Both the position numbers and the translations under genes were made by a program. The notes beneath the pieces are model-generated. The model saw only the letters and a program-made list of their open reading frames with translations, was not told where the DNA came from and ran no database searches. DNA of 64,000 bases from Laetmonice hystrix (lineage: Eukaryota): NCBI GenBank assembly GCA_965235115.1, contig OZ249440.1:34226001-34290000 (forward strand), read 5' to 3'. This document shows positions 12,515 to 26,219 of the stretch, in pieces; the stretch's first letter is position 1, and every line of letters starts with the position of its first letter.

Positions 12515-15426
12515 AGCTCTATAATTGCATGCTTTTTAGAATCCCAATCTGGTTCTGTCCAACCCGAACTATATACATTTGCAAGGAACTGGCCTGATAC
12601 CCGACGGATGACTCTTGATAAGAGAGACCACTTGGAACTCTTTTGCCTCGCGACTTGTGCGCGTACCGCGACCTGTTCACCCCCTGACTGTGACGTCAGT
12701 TAATCTTGCAATGGTTGAACGGCAGCATGCCACGTACGGGACGTCCCTTAGCTTAGGCCTATCTTCTGCGATACTCCAACAAGTCAGCATTTAGTCCCGA
12801 CGTCCATACGGACTCTGACCGTCGAGTACAAATAGTCTACACCGGGCTGGCAGCGAGGGCGTCGAGCGCGAACCAGTTCGAGCGCCGACGCCGACCACTT
12901 CGAGCGCGACTATTTCACAACTCGGCCTGTATTTCACAACTTCTGTTCTCAAAAGTCGGCAAGAATTGTATCCCTATCTTTCCTATGTTGATACCAGGCT
13001 ATTATTCATATTGCGACCTTGACAGGGCCCTCCCTAAGCACGCTCGAACTTGGCCGCGCTCAACTGTCTCAATTGAAATGTACCCCTGATCGAAATCGGC
13101 CGCGGACTAGAGGGCGTAGCATGCGGGCGGCTCCACCAGCGGAGCCCCGCTCAACTCGTTGCCGCTCGAGTGCTATCCTTAGCTGGGCGGCTATCTGCAA
13201 AAATCGTTCATTTTGTGATACAAGCACCAAATTTTGCACAACCATGCATCTCATTACTCTTGTGAAAAAAAACACGTTAGCCACCTGAAAATCCAATATG
13301 GCGGCCATGAACGCAGGGGTCAAAGGTCAAAGGTCACCAAAAATGAGCAATTCCTACATTTTTCCCCGTAATTCTGGGCTCATTGAAGATATAGATCTGC
13401 AACCTGGTATATCAATAGAGGTCACATGGGGCGTTCTAAAAAACTCCATTTTGTTGACCTTTAACCCTAAGGTCAAGGTCATTTGAACCAAAACATCCTT
13501 TAAAAAGGTCAAAATTCAGCCCTTTTATGAGAAAATTAAATGTATTTAATAAAATTGAAGGATGTTTCCTGGAAGTTTTTTGACATAAAGATTAGTAGAG
13601 GTCCTTTACATTGCTATGATATCAAGTTTGGCCATCTATACTTGGTAACTATGGAAAAATCGACTTAGCAACCAAAGGTACTCAATAGCTCAAAAAGCTC
13701 TAAATTCCACGTCGCATGGCCATTTTCCATACTTGCCAAGGCCACTGGGAGTCACGGATGGTTCTGAGTAAACAAACATGGATTATGTAAACCAATATGG
13801 TACTCTTAGAGAGAATTATCTAGTTTCTCTCCCAAAATATAGTTTCTCTGTTGTTGGTTACCATGGCAACCATGTGGCATGTACCAAATATTTCACAATT
13901 AGGCTGAACATGGGACATTTGATCATAATAACTGAACAGATAAGTGCAACAATCATTGGCGTTGCCTTACAAGCACAAAATTGTGGTCAGGTGTGCTTCT
14001 ATTAACTCTTTTTAAGAAAAACATGTTAGCCACCTAAAATTTCAAAATGGCGGCCATGAACTCAGGGGTCAAAGGTCAAAGGTCACCAAAAATTAGGGGT
14101 TCTCAAAAAATGAACCTTTTTTCCTGTCATTCAGGACTCATTGAAGATATAGATCTGCAACTTGGTAAATCAAGAGAGGCTAGAGGGAAACTTTCAAAAA
14201 ACTTCAATTGGTTGACCTTTGACCCCAAGGTCAAGGTCATTTGGACCAAAACTTTCTTTAAAAAAAGTCAAAATTTGGCCGTGGCATGAGAACATTGCAT
14301 GTATTTAAAAAAATAAGATCGTAATCTGGAAGTTTTTTCTACTGTGAAGATGAGTACAGGTCCTTTAAGGTGCATGTCAGCAAGTTTGGTCATCAGTACC
14401 TGGTAACTATGGAAAATCCCCCTAGCAACCAAAGTATTCAATAGCGCAAAAAAAGTCCCATTATCAAAAATGCCCATTTTTCCATATATTTGCCAAGGTC
14501 CCTGAGGGTCAAGGGTGTTGTTAGGTAATCAAAAATAGATTATATAAACCGATACAGTAACCTTATCGAAAGTTATCCAGTTTTTTACTCAATATTTAGT
14601 ATCCCTGTTGCTGGTTACTATGGCAACCAAGTGGAATATAACAAATCTTTCATAATTAGGCTGAACCTGGAAGCTGATCGCCATATAACTGAACTTAAAA
14701 GGCCGAGGTCAACTCCATATCGTCAAGGTGATATAATTTCTGTGCTCTAGATCGAAAAAAACAGTAAAATGAGAAATACGATTTGAAATACCAAATTCTT
14801 TATTTAGTGTAGGTTTTTAAGTAAATGGCTCAGCTAGTGAAAGTCCTTACTTAGAATCTTTTTTTTAATGTGCTGCCATGGATACCAGCTCATAAACAAA
14901 GGTTTCCAGTGCTATCTGCCTCATTAATGAATAATTTTATAGATTTCCGGTGCAAGTGTTGCACTTCATGAACTTCAACATGGGCCATTGATAGCATTAA
15001 TGGGCCCTGGACCTTATGCGAGAGATGTATAGTTATAGATTCTGAAAATGTCTGATAAATGATTGTTTTTTGGAGCTTTGTGACTAAAAACAAATTCTTT
15101 CCATAACCCTCCAAACTATGTTATCTATAACACCAACACATGTTGTAACCTGTTCCAGGCTTCTTAAATATATCCTTAAGGAGTGACTTAATAAGGATAA
15201 ATTCATAATCCTGAGCTATATTCAAAATTGCGGGAATTTTAAAGATGGCCATCCGAGCAAGCGTTGTGTTGTCATTTTCCACTGTATTTTGTTTGCTGAA
15301 CATCTTATTTTTTTTAAATTTAGTGGTGAATGTAGACTATGCTGATTTAGTGATCAGTACATTGGAGGGAATGAAGAATCATTACTGATATTGAATTATG
15401 CTTGCAGTCTTCCATACTTTAGTCAA

Positions 15427-15870
15427 TTAAAACATTTTTATGCAGCTGCACAGCGCTGTGCAGCTGAGGCCATAGCGGTAACATTTGCACCTCCCATGGC
15501 ATTCACTCTTGCATCCACACTTTGTTAGTTGTTGGCAACAGATGGTAAGAGGAGGAAGATCAGTCCAGTGGATCTCCCAAGTTCCAGATTTGTTGACCCA
15601 TCCCCAGTCAGCAGGACTCGGTGTTGCTGGTCGACAAACGGCCCACTGACCCCATATAAATCCTGCTTGATAAGCTGACCGTTTGGTGTGTTGGAGAAGA
15701 GCATCTTGTGTCGGTGGTATGGCGTCATAGGACCTTTGTTTTCTGGCGAACAAGTCCAGGCGTGCCTCATTTACACATGTAGCTTTGCTGGATCTGTCAT
15801 ACAATGTTATGACAAACATCTCAAGTATCTGAAGGTCATCTTCTGTGACAGAGGGAAGCATCATGTTACT
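15427..15870 (-). pseudogene. Academ transposase C-terminus with Cys-rich (CXC/tesmin-like) domain
   Basis: VNEARLDLF...IPPTQDALLQHTKRSAYQAGFIWG...PSPADWGW...CGCKSECHGRCKCYRYGLSCTALCSC. Confidence 0.9.
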
Positions 15871-16953
15871 AAATAGTGATATTAGAAAAGTATCTTTAAT
15901 AGAAAAAATAGAAATTATAATGAAATCATTGGTTTTGTTTTCATAATTTCTGAATAAAAACACCAAGTCAGGGTAACCTTGAGTGGTCCAACACGTGACC
16001 ATGAGTGGTCCCACCGCCGTCACCATGAGTGGGCCACCTGGTTACCACCCACCCGAAGGCCCCCACAGCTAATATTTTAAGATAAGTTACCGAAAAAAAT
16101 TGAACCAAATACTTTATTTGAGCATTCAAGTTAAGGAAAGCAAACGGAAATCATTTCTGGTGGCAGTGAAGGAAGAAAGAAGACTGAAACGGGAGATGTG
16201 TCTGCGGGTGGCAATAGCAGTCCTAATGGCAAAGAAAGAAAAGCAATAATAGGTAAAACAAAAAGTAGGGTTCAAGTCTAAAGGGAAGCTCGGTGTACGG
16301 ATGATCAGTGTGGGCAGTGCTGCCACGTGTAGATCTATAGGCATCAGTAGCTTACTGGGATTTATAATAATAATATAATGTAGATATAATAATAATAAAA
16401 GGTCTAATAATAATAATAGGCCTAATAATAATAATATTAATACCCCGGTCCACTCATGGTGACCCCCCCGGCCCACTCATGGTGACCCCTGGCCCACTCG
16501 TTGTGATTTTGGCTCCTACAACTTTTCGATTCCTCACACATTATTTTTGAGTCTTTTTGAGGTCTTGCGCTCTGATTTTTGAGAGAGCAAAATTTCCTAC
16601 AAGATGATGTGCCGATTGATGGGATAGTGTGACTGCTAAGGAAACCACAGCCTTTCAAAATATTTGATACCAACAACCGGCCCACTCATGGTGATTTGAC
16701 CCGAACAGCATGATGACATTGTTGTGCCAGTAAATGTGCACAACCCGTTAGCCTCTACTGGGCATGACTTTTAAGTTTTATAATATACTCAATTATTAAC
16801 AAATCAATGACAGTGCTATTATTATTTCTGCTACAAAATGATTTTAACTGTATATATAGTATATACAGATTCAAAGATGTGAAATGAAGTTAGTTCATTT
16901 TTAACGGAATTCTGTGTTTAATTCAATTTTCTGCCAACGAGCAAATTTGCAAT

Positions 16954-17341
16954 AGGGAGCGTAAGTATGTCACGTCACAATGCGTGAATCGACGAGAAAT
17001 GCGCTTTGGAGGCCCAAACTGGCGCCAGCCAAATTCCGGTTCCGTTCATTTAGCATTGGGAGGCCCATTGAAAAAATGTTCTAACTGATAACTCCAAAAA
17101 TACTGTTCTCTTTGTTATCAAACTGACTATACATCAGAACCAAGATCTCTTATGTCAGAAAAAATACATTTCATACTTAAGAAATATTTAATTGTCAAAA
17201 GAAAGGCCGATGTTTGGAGAGGTGTACGCTCGCCCTATGTTAAACCAGTGGGGGATTGTGACGTAACGGAAGTTGCATGTCGCCAGCGGTCTGACCCAGT
17301 TAGACCGAACCTCGTTTTCAGTCGCGAGACTTACGCTCCCT
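16954..17341. mobile_element. MITE with AT TSD (ISL2EU/Harbinger-like)
   Basis: at|agggagcgtaagt...acttacgctccct|at. Confidence 0.65.
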
Positions 17342-17364
17342 ATAAGATACATTTACACTGAGTA

Positions 17365-17399
<35 letters not shown>
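17365..17399. repeat. (TAAA)n microsatellite
   Basis: Read directly from the sequence. Confidence 0.9.
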
Positions 17400-18193
17400 C
17401 AGTCACTCAATCAAACGTAACGTTTGTGCAAAATACTTTATGAAGTAAAAAGCTTAATAATATTTTAATTATAAAACTCCTTAAAGTCTTCAAAATAGCT
17501 TCAGTGCAGAATGTTTCTCATTTTGACAGTTATCTTTGTTACCATGGTAACCAAATTTTAAAATTTAAAGGTAAATGCCAATTTCCTTACAGATCTCACT
17601 GAGTGAAGTAAAGATAAAAGTGCCTGTAAAGATAAAAGTGCATATTTAGACATAATCGGCTCAAATAAAGCAGAGAAAGAAGTATTAAGAGCCATTGTCT
17701 GAGAACTTCAGGCAGTTACCATTGAGAGTGTGATAGTCACCTTCTCCAATTTTGCTGAAACTTTGGTCATTTGATGTCCGTACCAAGCCTAGAAAAATGC
17801 CAGATTTTTTCGGTCCGACGCCGCCTCATTTGGGTGCTAGAGGTCATTCAAGGTCAGACCTGAAAATGGCCCAAAACCAAAATGTGATTTTCAAATGGCT
17901 TTTATTTCTTGCGCCATCTTTATCCCAACATTATATTTTGATATTTCTATTATATGGATGATGGTCTGTGAATTCAGCGATTTTCGGTCTGGGATATAAT
18001 TGGCGTGACCAATAGGGGGCGCTGTAATATGGCTGAAAGTCAATTTTTTTCACTTTTTGGCCCCCCTGTGCTCCTTGCGGGTTCCTTATCCCAAGACTTT
18101 TATTATTACATTAAATAGGCGATAGGTAGGGCTTCCTATTACAGGTTAAAAAAAATTGGGATTGCGCATGCGCAGGCCACCAGGTGGCGTTAA

Positions 18194-18533
18194 AGGTGCT
18201 ATTCGTCTCGCACAGAATGGCATTTCTCCTATCATACATTGTGCACATAGTACTAGAAAAAATTCCTACCGATACCATTGGCCTGATAAACCTTCTATTA
18301 GTTTGTGTGCAGCATTTGAAACCTATCTCGGTGCGCACCGAGATAGAGCCATTTCCTATGCTGGGGCGTGTCAGGGTCTCCACAGGCCTTCTGAGAGAGC
18401 CCCTTTTGTGCCGTTATCCATGACAAATTTTGATTTCCTTTGTTGTGAATCTATTTCCATGATAGGTGGCATCACATAAACGTCAACAAAATAAAAAATA
18501 AAAAAATTGAACGTTTTTTCACGAATAGCACCT
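18194..18533. mobile_element. Kolobok-like MITE, copy 1
   Basis: ttaa|aggtgctattcgt...acgaatagcacct|ttaa; a near-identical inverted copy lies at 33477-33817. Confidence 0.88.
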
Positions 18534-21500
18534 TTAAAGTTGTCAAAATTGCCCAAATTGGTCTACTTCAGCGCCACCTGGTGGCAGGCGCCTTCGTTCC
18601 TCAGGGTGACTGGTTGTTTGAAATTGGAGTATGAATGACATACTTTTAATTTATAAAAGCCATTTATTAGGATATGCACACATTTTCGAAAAAAGGGCGC
18701 ATCTTCATTGCTGGAAATGGGTCATTCATTTCTATACTAAATTAATCACACACAAAAAAATTTCTTAGTTCAAAAAATAGATTTTGCTGGAATTTTGCTC
18801 ATAAAAACTTTAATCCATTTCGTGTGGTCATGCAAAATTCTAGTTCTGTACTCCAAATAGTTTCTGAGGTATACCTTTTGAAGTTTTCACCCCTTGGACC
18901 CTTTCGAGGCTTAAGTTTTTTTGCCGATTTTGAGGAGCTATAACATCACAATTATAATAGTGAGCATTCCCAGATTTCGTGAACTTACTATCCTTGGTGG
19001 GTACATGCAAAATAAAAGACAACAGGGTCGTCCTAGGAATATTTTTTCTGTACGAGTGGTTCCAAAATGGCATTTCAGCCAATTTTTACTAAAAGTATTT
19101 AGCTGCACAACATAATTTTTTCCATCTGGAAGGTATATTTTCTTTAATTCTTTATAGATCTTCACAAAACTAACAGGGAATGCTTACAGGCCATATTCCT
19201 ATATAATCATGGGCTGAAACGGTTCCTTTTTGCTAAAAAGTGCTAATTCCTTAGACCTTGCGATGTCCGACATACATTTTGGCGGAGAGGCATATTTCTG
19301 AAAGTTTAAAGTGCTCTAGCAAAATTAGTTTTCAATATTTATATTTGAAATTTGGCATATACATAGTCTATGGGGAGTTCTTTTAGGAAAATATTATAAA
19401 AGTGCCCAATTTCTATTCGATTTTTAATGAAGTCTCTTCAAAAATGGCAAAAAATTGAAAATATGGAATTGGACCCCAAATAATTATGAAAAATTGTCAT
19501 TCATGTGTACATATCCCAAGAAATGGCTTTTAGAAATTAAAAGTACATCATTCGTACTCCATTTTAAAACAACCTGTCACTAGATCTAACCTGTCCTAGA
19601 TCTTAATTTACGAAAAAGTGAACACAATGTAAGATTTTGCAGATATTATTTAGAACAGGAATGATGAACAAGTCTGTCTTTAACTAACTGTGGATTTCTG
19701 CAATTTTTTAAAACTTTAAACCTTAATATATAGCTCAAGGACAAGACTTACGTCAGTGCTGTAGACTGTCTAGAATCTAGGAAACGTCAGAGCTTGTGTT
19801 ACATCTCTGTGTTCCCTTGGAACTTTCTAGACAGTGTCTAGTTCAAGTTCATAATTTATTATCAAGTTCAGATTTGATGGTAGTCTAGTACAACATTTTC
19901 ATTGGTTGGTTTATCCCCATATATGCATCTAAAATCTATTTTAAATATACATCATATAGAGATTTAAAAAACATTTGTCAAACCATGCATTGTGGTCTAA
20001 TGATTTTACTGCCCTCTTGTGTTGCCATGGTTGCCATGGTAACCAGCAACAGACAAGAGCCTACATATTGGGGAAGAAACTGGAAAATTTCTGATAAGAG
20101 AACCTTATTGAGTTACATAACTTTTCTCAAAACCATCCTTGACCCAAAGCCAGCCATGGCAAGTGGGCAAAATAGGGAAAATGACCATGCGACATGGAAT
20201 TCGGAGCGTTTTTGCGCTATTGAATACTTTAGTTGCTAGGGGGATTTTCCATAGTTACCAGGTACTGATGGCCAAACTTGCTGACATGCACCTTAAAGGA
20301 CCTGTACTCATCTTCACAGTAGAAAAAACTTCCAGATTACGATCTTACTTTTTTAAATACATGCAATGTTCTCATGCTACGGCCAAATTTTGACCTTTTT
20401 TAAAGAAAGTTTTGGTTCAAATGACCTTGACCTAGGGGTCAAAGGTCAACTAATTGAAGTTTTTTGAAAGTCCCCCTCTAGCCTCTCTTGATTTACCAAG
20501 TTGCAGATCTATATCTTCAATGAGTCCTGAATGACAGGAAAAAAGGTTAATTTTTTGAGAACCCCTAATTTTTGGTGACCTTTGAACTTTGACCCCTGAG
20601 TTCATGGCCGCCATATTGGACTTTTAGGTGGCTAACGCGTTTTTCTTAACAAGGGACATCAGAATTACCCCTGTGCAAAATCTGTTGCTTGTATCACAAA
20701 GTGAACGATTCAGCCCATGTTTTACAGATAGCCGCCCAGCTACCTGCCGGGGTTCTATCTCGGTCCTATCGCGCATCATCGCCTCAAAGTCATGTTTCAG
20801 ACCACTTTTGGCACTGAAACTTGCTGAGAGTACACAAAAGAGGTTACTTCAACAGATACGTAAATGTATTTTGTTGGATGTTATCTTAGTAGGTGAAATT
20901 CAAATACAGCGCCGGCGACGACTTGGTGTGCATATTTCCGACCTCTAGATCTATACGATAGACTAACGTTAGTATGGATATGGAACAGACAGCATAAGTA
21001 GGTCGCGCTACGTGTTAGCAGACACTAACGGCACAGACTCGGAGTGAAGCAACCCGTTTCGGGTACTAGTCCTGAGCGATCTAACTTTTATCAGTTCCCA
21101 GTCACTTGGTGCGCCTGCCGATGCATTTGAGCAATGGACGCATTATTTACGGGAGGTGTGCCGGAGAGTTGCGACAGTGACAATGCCGGACTTGCTGAGA
21201 TTCTACTCGACAGGTGTGATTTTAATTAGACGTTTGGTCAGTTGAGCCAGCCACGAAATCGGCCGAACTTGTACGGGGCCTCAGCCGGTAGATAGGCATA
21301 CAATCAAAGTCGTTACCGATGCCATGATCTTCTCTGAATGTGTCAACAAGCAGGTGCGGGTCACGTGACACCATGGAATTCCCCTGTCAGTTCCTAGTCC
21401 CAGTTAAAATGGCGTCTCCATGTGCAAGAACGGATTAACGGTGCACGGCTGACGAATTCATGTTAATATGTCCAGATTAGCGTTTCTTTCTCAGCTAAAA

Positions 21501-21593
21501 GGCAGGTACGACCTAGGATAGCGTTCTGCTTGATGTTTACAGCGTTTGGGGGAAATATAGGAAATTGTCAACATTGGCTGTATTGTAATTGGT

Positions 21594-21960
21594 TTAACAC
21601 ATCTTACAGAGTTCCTTTTTGATGCAGTTTCATCCATCGTCCTTCGACGCTCAGCCATTGAAACCATTCTACAGACACCATATCTGAATGATTAGGAAAG
21701 ATGTACCGGTATTCATTATCAAAATTTCCATTGCACTGTTCACATTTCTGCATCATGCACTTTTCTGAGTCCTGATCACAAACTGGAGTTCCAATAAATT
21801 CTCTAAAATGTGTTGAGACTTGTTTTGTAGTAACATGCTTCTTGAGGCATTCTAGTAGAAGGCGCACATTTTCATGATGTCTACACACGCAGACAGTGTG
21901 AAACACATGAACTGGCCGAAGGGAGCAGAACTTGGAGAGAGACACTGTAAACTGTGGATG
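21594..21960 (-). pseudogene. Sola2-type transposase, Cys-rich N-terminal half
   Basis: SLSKFCSLRPVHV...VCVCRHHENVRLL...VCDQDSEKCMMQKCEQC...WFQW; continues at 12514. Confidence 0.8.
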
Positions 21961-24900
21961 TTCTTTGGGTGTCTACAAAGCGAAGACCTAAGACCATCTT
22001 CGCTTTGTAGAAACCCAGTGGGCATTCCACAAAACGAAGTTCTTGAACCTATAGGGAACCAAAGTCTCGGACATGCGCAGTCGCATGGTGTCAGTCCATT
22101 ATCGCCCACTCATTGACTTTGGCTTGGGTCAAGCCAGGCCCCAATAAAACGGCCCATTAGAAATACTAAACCACAACTCTTAATTTTAAAATCTATCCAG
22201 ACCGAATTTTACAGTAATCCTCGATCTATAAAAGTATATGGCATTCACATCTGTTACTTAATCTTTTCAAGATTTACGGAAAAACTGTCAGATTACGAGG
22301 GTACGAAATTGTAACGTCACAAACTTCACCGATCTCCGGCGATGACAGTGCTTGAATTAAGAAAGGGGGGACCTTGCTAAACAATTCTAAGTCAGTGACA
22401 TTGTTTGGTTCAATATTTTATCCCCTTATGTCACGTTTCAACGTTCTTCCTTGTGTATTTTAGCAGTTAGAGACGTTTGAACTGGCGAAGCGAAGCACCG
22501 TCCGCCATTAATATTTAGGCCCGTTATGATCACATTCCAAATGACCATTGTGACGTAGCGCTATTGTGCATTGTTCCTGACGTCGCTGATTGGGTCTCTC
22601 GATTTTAATTCTAATTAATTGATTTTAAAATATCTAAGAGTTTGCTAGGGCACCGAACATTTTTCTAAGCCTTTCCTACATTCTGTTTCACAGTCTAACC
22701 CTCCTTTCTGATCAAAATAGTCACCCCAACAAGTGTAGTCATGGGTTGAATACAGACGTCCTATCTGCGCCTATGTTAAGCGATAATAGAGTGACACCAC
22801 TGCGCCGTTTTCACGCGTTTTCACGCACTTTGGCGTGAGTTACTGGGGTTCCCTATATATTGGTGATGACATTGAAAAAGAGGACAGTTATCATAATAGA
22901 AATCAATACAAATATGATTATGGTACAGTAAAGAGGATGATGATACATACTACATTCTGATGGTGACATATTAAAGCATCAGATTAAATACAATTTGGAT
23001 TAGAACTATTGCATGATCATCAAAATGCTATTTGTGTCGCCCTGATTTTCAGGATTGTGCAAGTGAACGCAAGTCATACGATTCTATAGCCTATTGATGA
23101 TTTTAAGTGTTTTAGCAAAAAATAGCGAAGTTTAAACCTTCTTCGAAGGTATTTCGGCATAGACATGGTCAATTTTGGGCAACACATTGTATGTCAACAT
23201 ATATCTCACACTATCAAATGACCTAATTGTAAAAGTTCGGAGACAGAGAGGAAGGCAAAAAATATAGTAATATGATCAGCAAGAGAGGCAAGAGTGTAGC
23301 ATGTGGGTCCGAGATATGAATAAGTGGTGAATTCCGATCTTTTGTCCCATAAAAGTGTATATATTGTTATAAGCCTATATTACTACAAAGAAACGATAGA
23401 TTGGAGAAGCTGGTCAGTTCCGTCAGACTGATACTGATAGATGTATGATGATCGTGTGTGGAAAGATTTTCAACATGATTTCCTGGCGGCTCCAAATGAT
23501 TATATTGTGGCGTGCTGGAGGTCAACTAGCTGGGGCTGGGGGAGGATAATTCCAAATGGCTGGGCTTAGGCATTGGGTTGGGTAGCTCGGAAAATCACGG
23601 GACTGGAGTCGGAGATTATGTAGAGGTCTAATAACGTGTAGATCTAATGTTATAGCAACCACGACAGTGGAGCCGCATTTCTTTCTGATGTTCTTGATGC
23701 ATGACAATTGCACAGGCACAGCAGTATACACGTCGACAGGACATTCAAGATACAGCAGTACATAATATTTCTGGTGTAGTTCTAGTTTACCAACTACAAC
23801 AGGTATCGTGACAGGAGACAGCTAGGTGTTTAACAGTGAAAGCCGGGATCGTCTAGATCTATTACTGTTACGAAGATAATGACAGTGACGTCTGCAGTGG
23901 TCAGATTGAATGGCAAGAAACACAGCAGAAGCGGGCCTAAATGTTATAATTACTGGTACTAGACCCTGCCAGACAGTAGAGTTTACAGTTCCTCGATAAT
24001 TATGCAACCTACTGACCTGCTCTGGGGCCTTGTGACCGAACTGGCGAATCAGTGATCCGCACTCCTATATATAACCTTCGACCCCTGGGTCGACCCAACG
24101 CGGAATCGGGTCGCCCGTCAGGTCATAATAAACCAATCGGTAACGCGCTCACACAGAATTGGGTCGGAAACGGGTCGGGTCGTGGGTCGTGACGACCCAA
24201 TCAGCGCTAGCCACCTAGCATACTCGGTACGACCCGATAATGGCCGCCGCATGTAAACTACACTCGAATAACGATAATAAAAAGTGAATTCAAGGCACTA
24301 TACAGTCGACAATCACCTTGATAAGTACTAGTATTAAGGGAACACTTGTCTTACATAATGACTCTTCCTCTACTCGTATATAATAACAAGAATTAAGTTA
24401 ATAGGGGCGATATTGCAGATGAGATGCCACACAAATGGCGGTACTTGACATTGTCTAACCTCGGAACATCACAGTACTTTTACTCTTCCCCTTTCCCCTC
24501 TTTTGTCACTGGCTTCCCAGGAAATGTTTTGGTGAATATATATCACACCATTTCTTTTTTCAGCTTTGATAATGATATATGTGGTAGATTTAGTTACATT
24601 AACTTGATTCCATGGTAGCTTCTTAGAAATCATCGGTACTGTTGGGAAATGGCCCCCACTGTGCAGTTTTTCCACAGTGTCATGGATCTACCAAAATGGA
24701 TTAGTGATATTAGTATTATAGTCAGATCATCTTATTTTCATAATTTTACTTTAATAGTAAAATAGATTTTCATTAAACAACACATATTGTAGCACTCGAT
24801 ACCTGCAGATCGATAAATAAATCAAGTATGGTACTTTTGGGGGGTTAAATGATAGATTCTTGTAAAAAATATAGAACTCTAGGTAGGTCTGGGTTTTTTT

Positions 24901-25103
24901 TGCCTAGTGACAAAGTGAGATTTTTTAATATGAATCAATCTACTAGCTCTAGGCTATTTGAAGTCACAATTGAAAATTAAAAAGGAAAATAGACATATAC
25001 CTTGGTTATCAACTTTCGTTGTTCATGGTCTGAAACCCGACTCCAAGTTCCTCTTTCAGAGGCAGCTGCTTCTGGCCATTCAGCACTCTTGACCTTTGCT
25101 TTA

Positions 25104-25561
25104 AGCGGTGTTTCCATTAACGCGGCTGCGGCCCGGCTGCGGTCCGGGCACGGGTACGGCTGATATCGCACGTCGTTGTTTTTAATGTAAGTGTTTCCAT
25201 TAATGCAATCTCCGTACGGGGCCCGTAGGGGCGTCGCATGCGGCTGTTCCCGATTGCGTCATGGAGCGATTCGAGAACAGCCGCAGATGAGCCGCATGAG
25301 GGATCCCCTTGATCCTAGGTGGTCACGTGCATGTTGTCCACTCAAAAAATGGATGACACCATGCCTCACGTTGTCAGCAAGCAAGATATCCAAAAACTTA
25401 ACGAAAAACTTATCGATTCGGCAGGTGTATGGCCTCTGACCTGATACCAACAACATTGAGACGCAGCCGGGACGCACCTTTAAAAACAACGACGTGTCTT
25501 ATCAGCCGTACCCGTGCCCGCACCGCAGCCGGGCCGCAGCCGCGTTAATGGAAACACCGCT
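25104..25561. mobile_element. Foldback MITE (Harbinger-like, TNA target)
   Basis: About 60-bp TIR agcggtgtttccattaacgcggctgcggcccggctgcgg...; flanks tta and tga. Confidence 0.85.
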
Positions 25562-25769
25562 TGAATCGTTAAAACAGTGCTGCGGCCAACGCCTGTGTAA
25601 CGTACAGTTCTGAAAACGACAGCCAGTGTATAGGCAAATAATGTATAAATCTTTCAATAAATTCATGAAGACATGGAATATTTGTACACAGCGCAAAAAT
25701 ATTTTACAATAGCTGCATATTGTTGTTATAAATGTACAAAAGGTTTACCACTATGACATCTGAGTTTAA

Positions 25770-25921
25770 CAGGGTTTCCTGCAGGCCCTTTTTTTTTGGG
25801 GGGGGGAGGGGGAGACCCCCCCAATATTCAGCTACTCCCCCCCCCCAAAAAAAAAAAATTTCCAGGGGGAAATATTTGGCATTATTCTCCCCCAAAAGTC
25901 GAAAGTCTCCAGGAAACCCTG
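25770..25921. mobile_element. MITE with CAG-starting TIR and 5-bp TSD
   Basis: tttaa|cagggtttcctg...caggaaaccctg|tttaa. Confidence 0.85.
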
Positions 25922-26219
25922 TTTAAGTAAATTAAATGAATGGAAGGTATTTTAAAAGAATACACAAAATATTGAAAAATACGTGAGACTTTAAATGTTG
26001 TCTTACTGTTTCAACCCCTTTCTATGGGAAATGTTGCATGCTTTTTAAACACTGCCAATGTAATTAAAAAAAGATTTAACTATTATGAAGCTTAATTCTT
26101 GACTGAAGAGAGATTTGAAAACTAAAGCGCATTTATGAGGCCTATGACTACATGTCTCCTGTTTCAGAAACCCTACCAAAACTGAATATTTAAATATATA
26201 TTACATGTCAATGAAAATT

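Larger units (their letters stand above)
13180..20742 (-). mobile_element. Academ DNA transposon, defective, with long TIRs
   Basis: Termini tagctgggcggctatctg...cagatagccgcccagcta; 3-bp TSD cct at 13177-13179 and 20743-20745; several hundred bp of inverted repeat; internal Academ C-terminal ORF. Confidence 0.9.
12515..21593. mobile_element. TTAA-flanked compound insertion (about 1.5 kb non-coding element carrying an Academ) that splits the Sola2 transposase
   Basis: ttaa at 12511-12514 and 21594-21597; removing the insert joins KGTL*DV to LKELKQQL in frame. TIRs are not convincing. Confidence 0.7.

Noticed and set aside
15960..16705. Element with repeated catgagtgggcc inverted motifs inside the Academ
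   Set aside because: Probably a MITE, but the exact ends and TSD could not be fixed.
14268..20393. Two ORFs sharing about 60 near-identical residues on opposite strands
   Set aside because: They are translations of the non-coding Academ inverted repeats.
23540..24050. Possible Gypsy gag zinc-knuckle/protease remnant on the minus strand
   Set aside because: The motifs are too degenerate to call without a profile search.
24600..25612. Exon-like segments with AG/GT ends on the minus strand
   Set aside because: No recognisable protein; they contain stops and a MITE insertion.
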